NCBI GenBank assembly: GCA_021819035.1
Contig: JAKASL010000001.1
Coordinates: forward strand, 1,013,524-1,037,523
Direction of reading: 5' to 3'
Source of the DNA: an archaeon
GTDB lineage: Archaea; Thermoproteota; Nitrososphaeria; Nitrososphaerales; Gagatemarchaeaceae
Length of the DNA: 24,000 nt
Shown here: positions 22,250 to 24,000 of the stretch, piece by piece
Layout: each line of letters begins with the position of its first letter
Numbering within the stretch: position 1 is the stretch's first letter
Position numbers and translations under genes: made by a program
Notes under the pieces: model-generated
Database searches by the model: none
Told to the model about the DNA's origin: nothing
What the model saw: only the letters and a program-made list of their open reading frames with translations

Positions 22250-22849
22250 TCACAAGCTCGTCAGAAGTATGAAAGCGCCTAACGCGAGGAAGACGGCTGC
22301 GGAGATGACCCTCAGCCTCCGCGGGCTGAGCATCCGGCCGAGCTTGACACCCAAGGCTGCTTCCATGGCCGTCGCGGCATAGAGGCCGGCGCAGGCCGCG
22401 CCGAAGACGATGAGGGGCTCGGCGTAGCGGGCCACCAGGACGACGGTGAGCACCTCGGTGGCGTCCCCGGCGACGTCGAGTAGGACCAGGGCGCCCACGA
22501 GGGTGAAGAAGAAGGCGGCCGCCGACTTCTGCTTGTCTAGCTTAGACCTCTCCGTCTCCGCGACATCCGCGCCGACCAGGCCCCAGGCCTTCCAAGCGCC
22601 GTACCCGAGCATTATGCCTCCGCCTGCGAGGCGGACCCACGGCACTGGGACGTAGAGTATGAGGACGGAACCGACGCTGACGAAGAGCCCCGTGGTGAGG
22701 GTGAAAGCCGCCACCCCGGCAATGAAGGTGAGCATGGGCCGCCCCCCGGAAGAGACCCCCAGGATCAGGAGAGCGTCCTTGTCTGTGAGCTCAGTCACGA
22801 AGAAGGCGGCGGCTATCGGGGCGAAAGAAGACAGGAGGGAGGCTGCCAT
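22250..22849 (-). CDS. UPF0016 (GDT1/TMEM165-like) putative cation transporter
   Basis: 199 aa, ~6 TM, two-repeat layout with degenerate E-x-G-D-K-T-like motifs (ELTDKD, VAGDATE). Assigned by pattern only. Confidence 0.5.
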   Translation of the reverse strand: MAASLLSSFAPIAAAFFVTELTDKDALLILGVSSGGRPMLTFIAGVAAFTLTTGLFVSVGSVLILYVPVPWVRLAGGGIMLGYGAWKAWGLVGADVAETERSKLDKQKSAAAFFFTLVGALVLLDVAGDATEVLTVVLVARYAEPLIVFGAACAGLYAATAMEAALGVKLGRMLSPRRLRVISAAVFLALGAFILLTSL

Positions 22850-22885
22850 GGGCTTGCCTGTCGTCTGCGGCTGGGATAGCCTCGG

Positions 22886-23497
22886 CTACCCCTCTTCCGC
22901 GCCCTTCTCTCTTTCTGGCAGCATGTACGCCAGCGCGCCGACTATGAGGAGTGCGAAGGCCAGGCCCAGCCCGACGTATATCTGGCGCTTCCCGACCTCG
23001 TAGATCGACACGGGGACGAGGAGCAGGAGGATCAGGCCCAGCGTCTTCCTCTTCGCCAGCGCTGAGAACTGCAGCGGGACGGTGATGAGATAGCTCAACA
23101 GCATCATTATCGCCGGGAAGACGAGATTGTACTTCCCCCCCATGAAGTCCCCCACGGCACCGGCGACGTTGGCCCCGTTGGAGTAGAACGCCCCCGCCAG
23201 CGCGAAGAAGACGCTCGCCCCGGCAATCGCCTGCAGCGTGGTGCCCAGCGAACCGACTTTCGCTCGCCTGCGGGAGGCGTCGGTCCCCCGGATCTCCATC
23301 ACGACGCCTACGAGCACCGCCAGGGAGCCTATGACGAACACTTCGGGGCTCTGGGTCACTGTCAGGTACACCTGCGAAGGGAGGAGGGCCGAGATGCCGT
23401 TCTGGAACCAGACGACGAGCCCGTAGACCCCGCTGACAGCGAAAGGCACAATGTAGAGCAACGTCGTTATGTCTTCATAGCGTGCCCTAGTACTCAA
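22886..23497 (-). CDS. hypothetical polytopic membrane protein
   Basis: 203 aa, ~6 hydrophobic spans. TTG start lies 30 nt from a TTTTAAG box. No family recognised. Confidence 0.55.
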   Translation of the reverse strand: MSTRARYEDITTLLYIVPFAVSGVYGLVVWFQNGISALLPSQVYLTVTQSPEVFVIGSLAVLVGVVMEIRGTDASRRRAKVGSLGTTLQAIAGASVFFALAGAFYSNGANVAGAVGDFMGGKYNLVFPAIMMLLSYLITVPLQFSALAKRKTLGLILLLLVPVSIYEVGKRQIYVGLGLAFALLIVGALAYMLPEREKGAEEG

Positions 23498-23522
23498 CTG
23501 CTGTCCTGCGCGGCCGGGTTGG

Positions 23523-23532
23523 GCTTAAAACC
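23523..23532 (-). promoter_or_regulatory. TATA box for the 22886-23497 gene
   Basis: The reverse strand reads GGTTTTAAGC, centred 30 nt upstream of TTG 23497. It sits just after the trmI stop. Confidence 0.5.
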
Positions 23533-23533
23533 G

Positions 23534-24000
23534 TTACGATGAACCCGCAGGCTGCGCAGACCTCCCGAAGGTCAGGTAGGCCGTGTGGCCGACCATTATG
23601 TTCGAAGGCCGGGTCATCCCGACCCTCGCCTCGAGGTGGCGCAGGAGTATCTCCATCGTCTCGATGGCGACGAAACCCTCCTCCTTCATCTTCGCCACCA
23701 GCTTCTCCGCCTGGTTGGTCGTCGGGGTCACGGCGGCCATGGGGGCAGAAGGCTTGAGGGCCAGCTTCATGCCGTGCACCACCTCCCAGGGGTCCCCCAC
23801 GTCGAGTATGCCTGCGTCAAAGTCCCCTTCCTCGAACCCCAGGCGCGAGTCCCCCTCCCTGAATGTGACGTAAGGAGACAGCCCCAGCTTCTCGATGTTC
23901 TTCCTGGCTACCCCCTGGAACTCGGGGTTCAGGTCGTAGGTGTAGACCATCCCGCCAGGCTGGACCAGGTAAGCCATCAGGGCCGTGGTGGCGCCGCTCC
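23534..24000 (-). CDS. trmI: tRNA (adenine-N1)-methyltransferase TrmI/GCD14-like; N-terminus lies beyond the window
   Basis: The frame stays open upstream of the track ORF's Met: ...SGATTALMAYLVQPGGMVYTYD is a SAM-binding motif. This is followed by FDAGILDVGDPWEV and the C-terminal RPSNIMVGHTAYLTF, typical of TrmI. Confidence 0.8.
   Translation of the reverse strand, partial: SGATTALMAYLVQPGGMVYTYDLNPEFQGVARKNIEKLGLSPYVTFREGDSRLGFEEGDFDAGILDVGDPWEVVHGMKLALKPSAPMAAVTPTTNQAEKLVAKMKEEGFVAIETMEILLRHLEARVGMTRPSNIMVGHTAYLTFGRSAQPAGSS

Noticed and set aside
1-24000. CRISPR arrays, tandem repeats, IS elements, integrases, rRNA
   Set aside because: Reading both strands showed no periodic direct repeats, no terminal inverted repeats flanking an ORF, and no transposase, integrase or rRNA signatures. 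The only repeated words are the short promoter-box 10-mer and the 11-mer in the 4174-4317 region.

Overview
G+C-rich chromosomal segment that is clearly archaeal. It carries ribosomal protein S26e, RNA polymerase subunit P, a family-B DNA polymerase, a ThrRS with the archaea-specific editing domain, an archaeal/eukaryal-type ProRS and the HMG-CoA synthase/thiolase/DUF35 trio; a TACK-type lineage is my inference. Most of the window is tightly packed housekeeping genes. Other content: a 3-gene glycosylation module, an agmatine deiminase/N-carbamoylputrescine amidase pair, an MFS transporter beside a PfkB kinase, several uncharacterised membrane proteins, and one RelE/ParE-type toxin-antitoxin pair. 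I found no rRNA, convincing tRNA, CRISPR array or transposon. Five things deserve a second look. (1) A 461-aa LAGLIDADG intein sits in PolB downstream of an intact motif C, so not at the classical pol-a/b/c sites, and its codon usage is visibly foreign. (2) A ~520-bp region (3942-4466) has no credible gene, dense hairpins, internal repeats and an orphan promoter-like box; I could not assign it to RNase P RNA, SRP RNA or a small Cys-rich protein. (3) A second ~230-bp ORF-free, hairpin-rich spacer lies at 16675-16903. (4) Promoters are strikingly regular: an A/T box is centred about 24-34 nt upstream of the start codon, implying leaderless or near-leaderless mRNAs, with many TTG starts. I used this spacing to reset several start codons. 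(5) A 67-aa Cys/His protein appears co-transcribed with thrS. I see no defence or other multi-gene system that is clearly novel. All family assignments come from motif reading by eye and need database confirmation.
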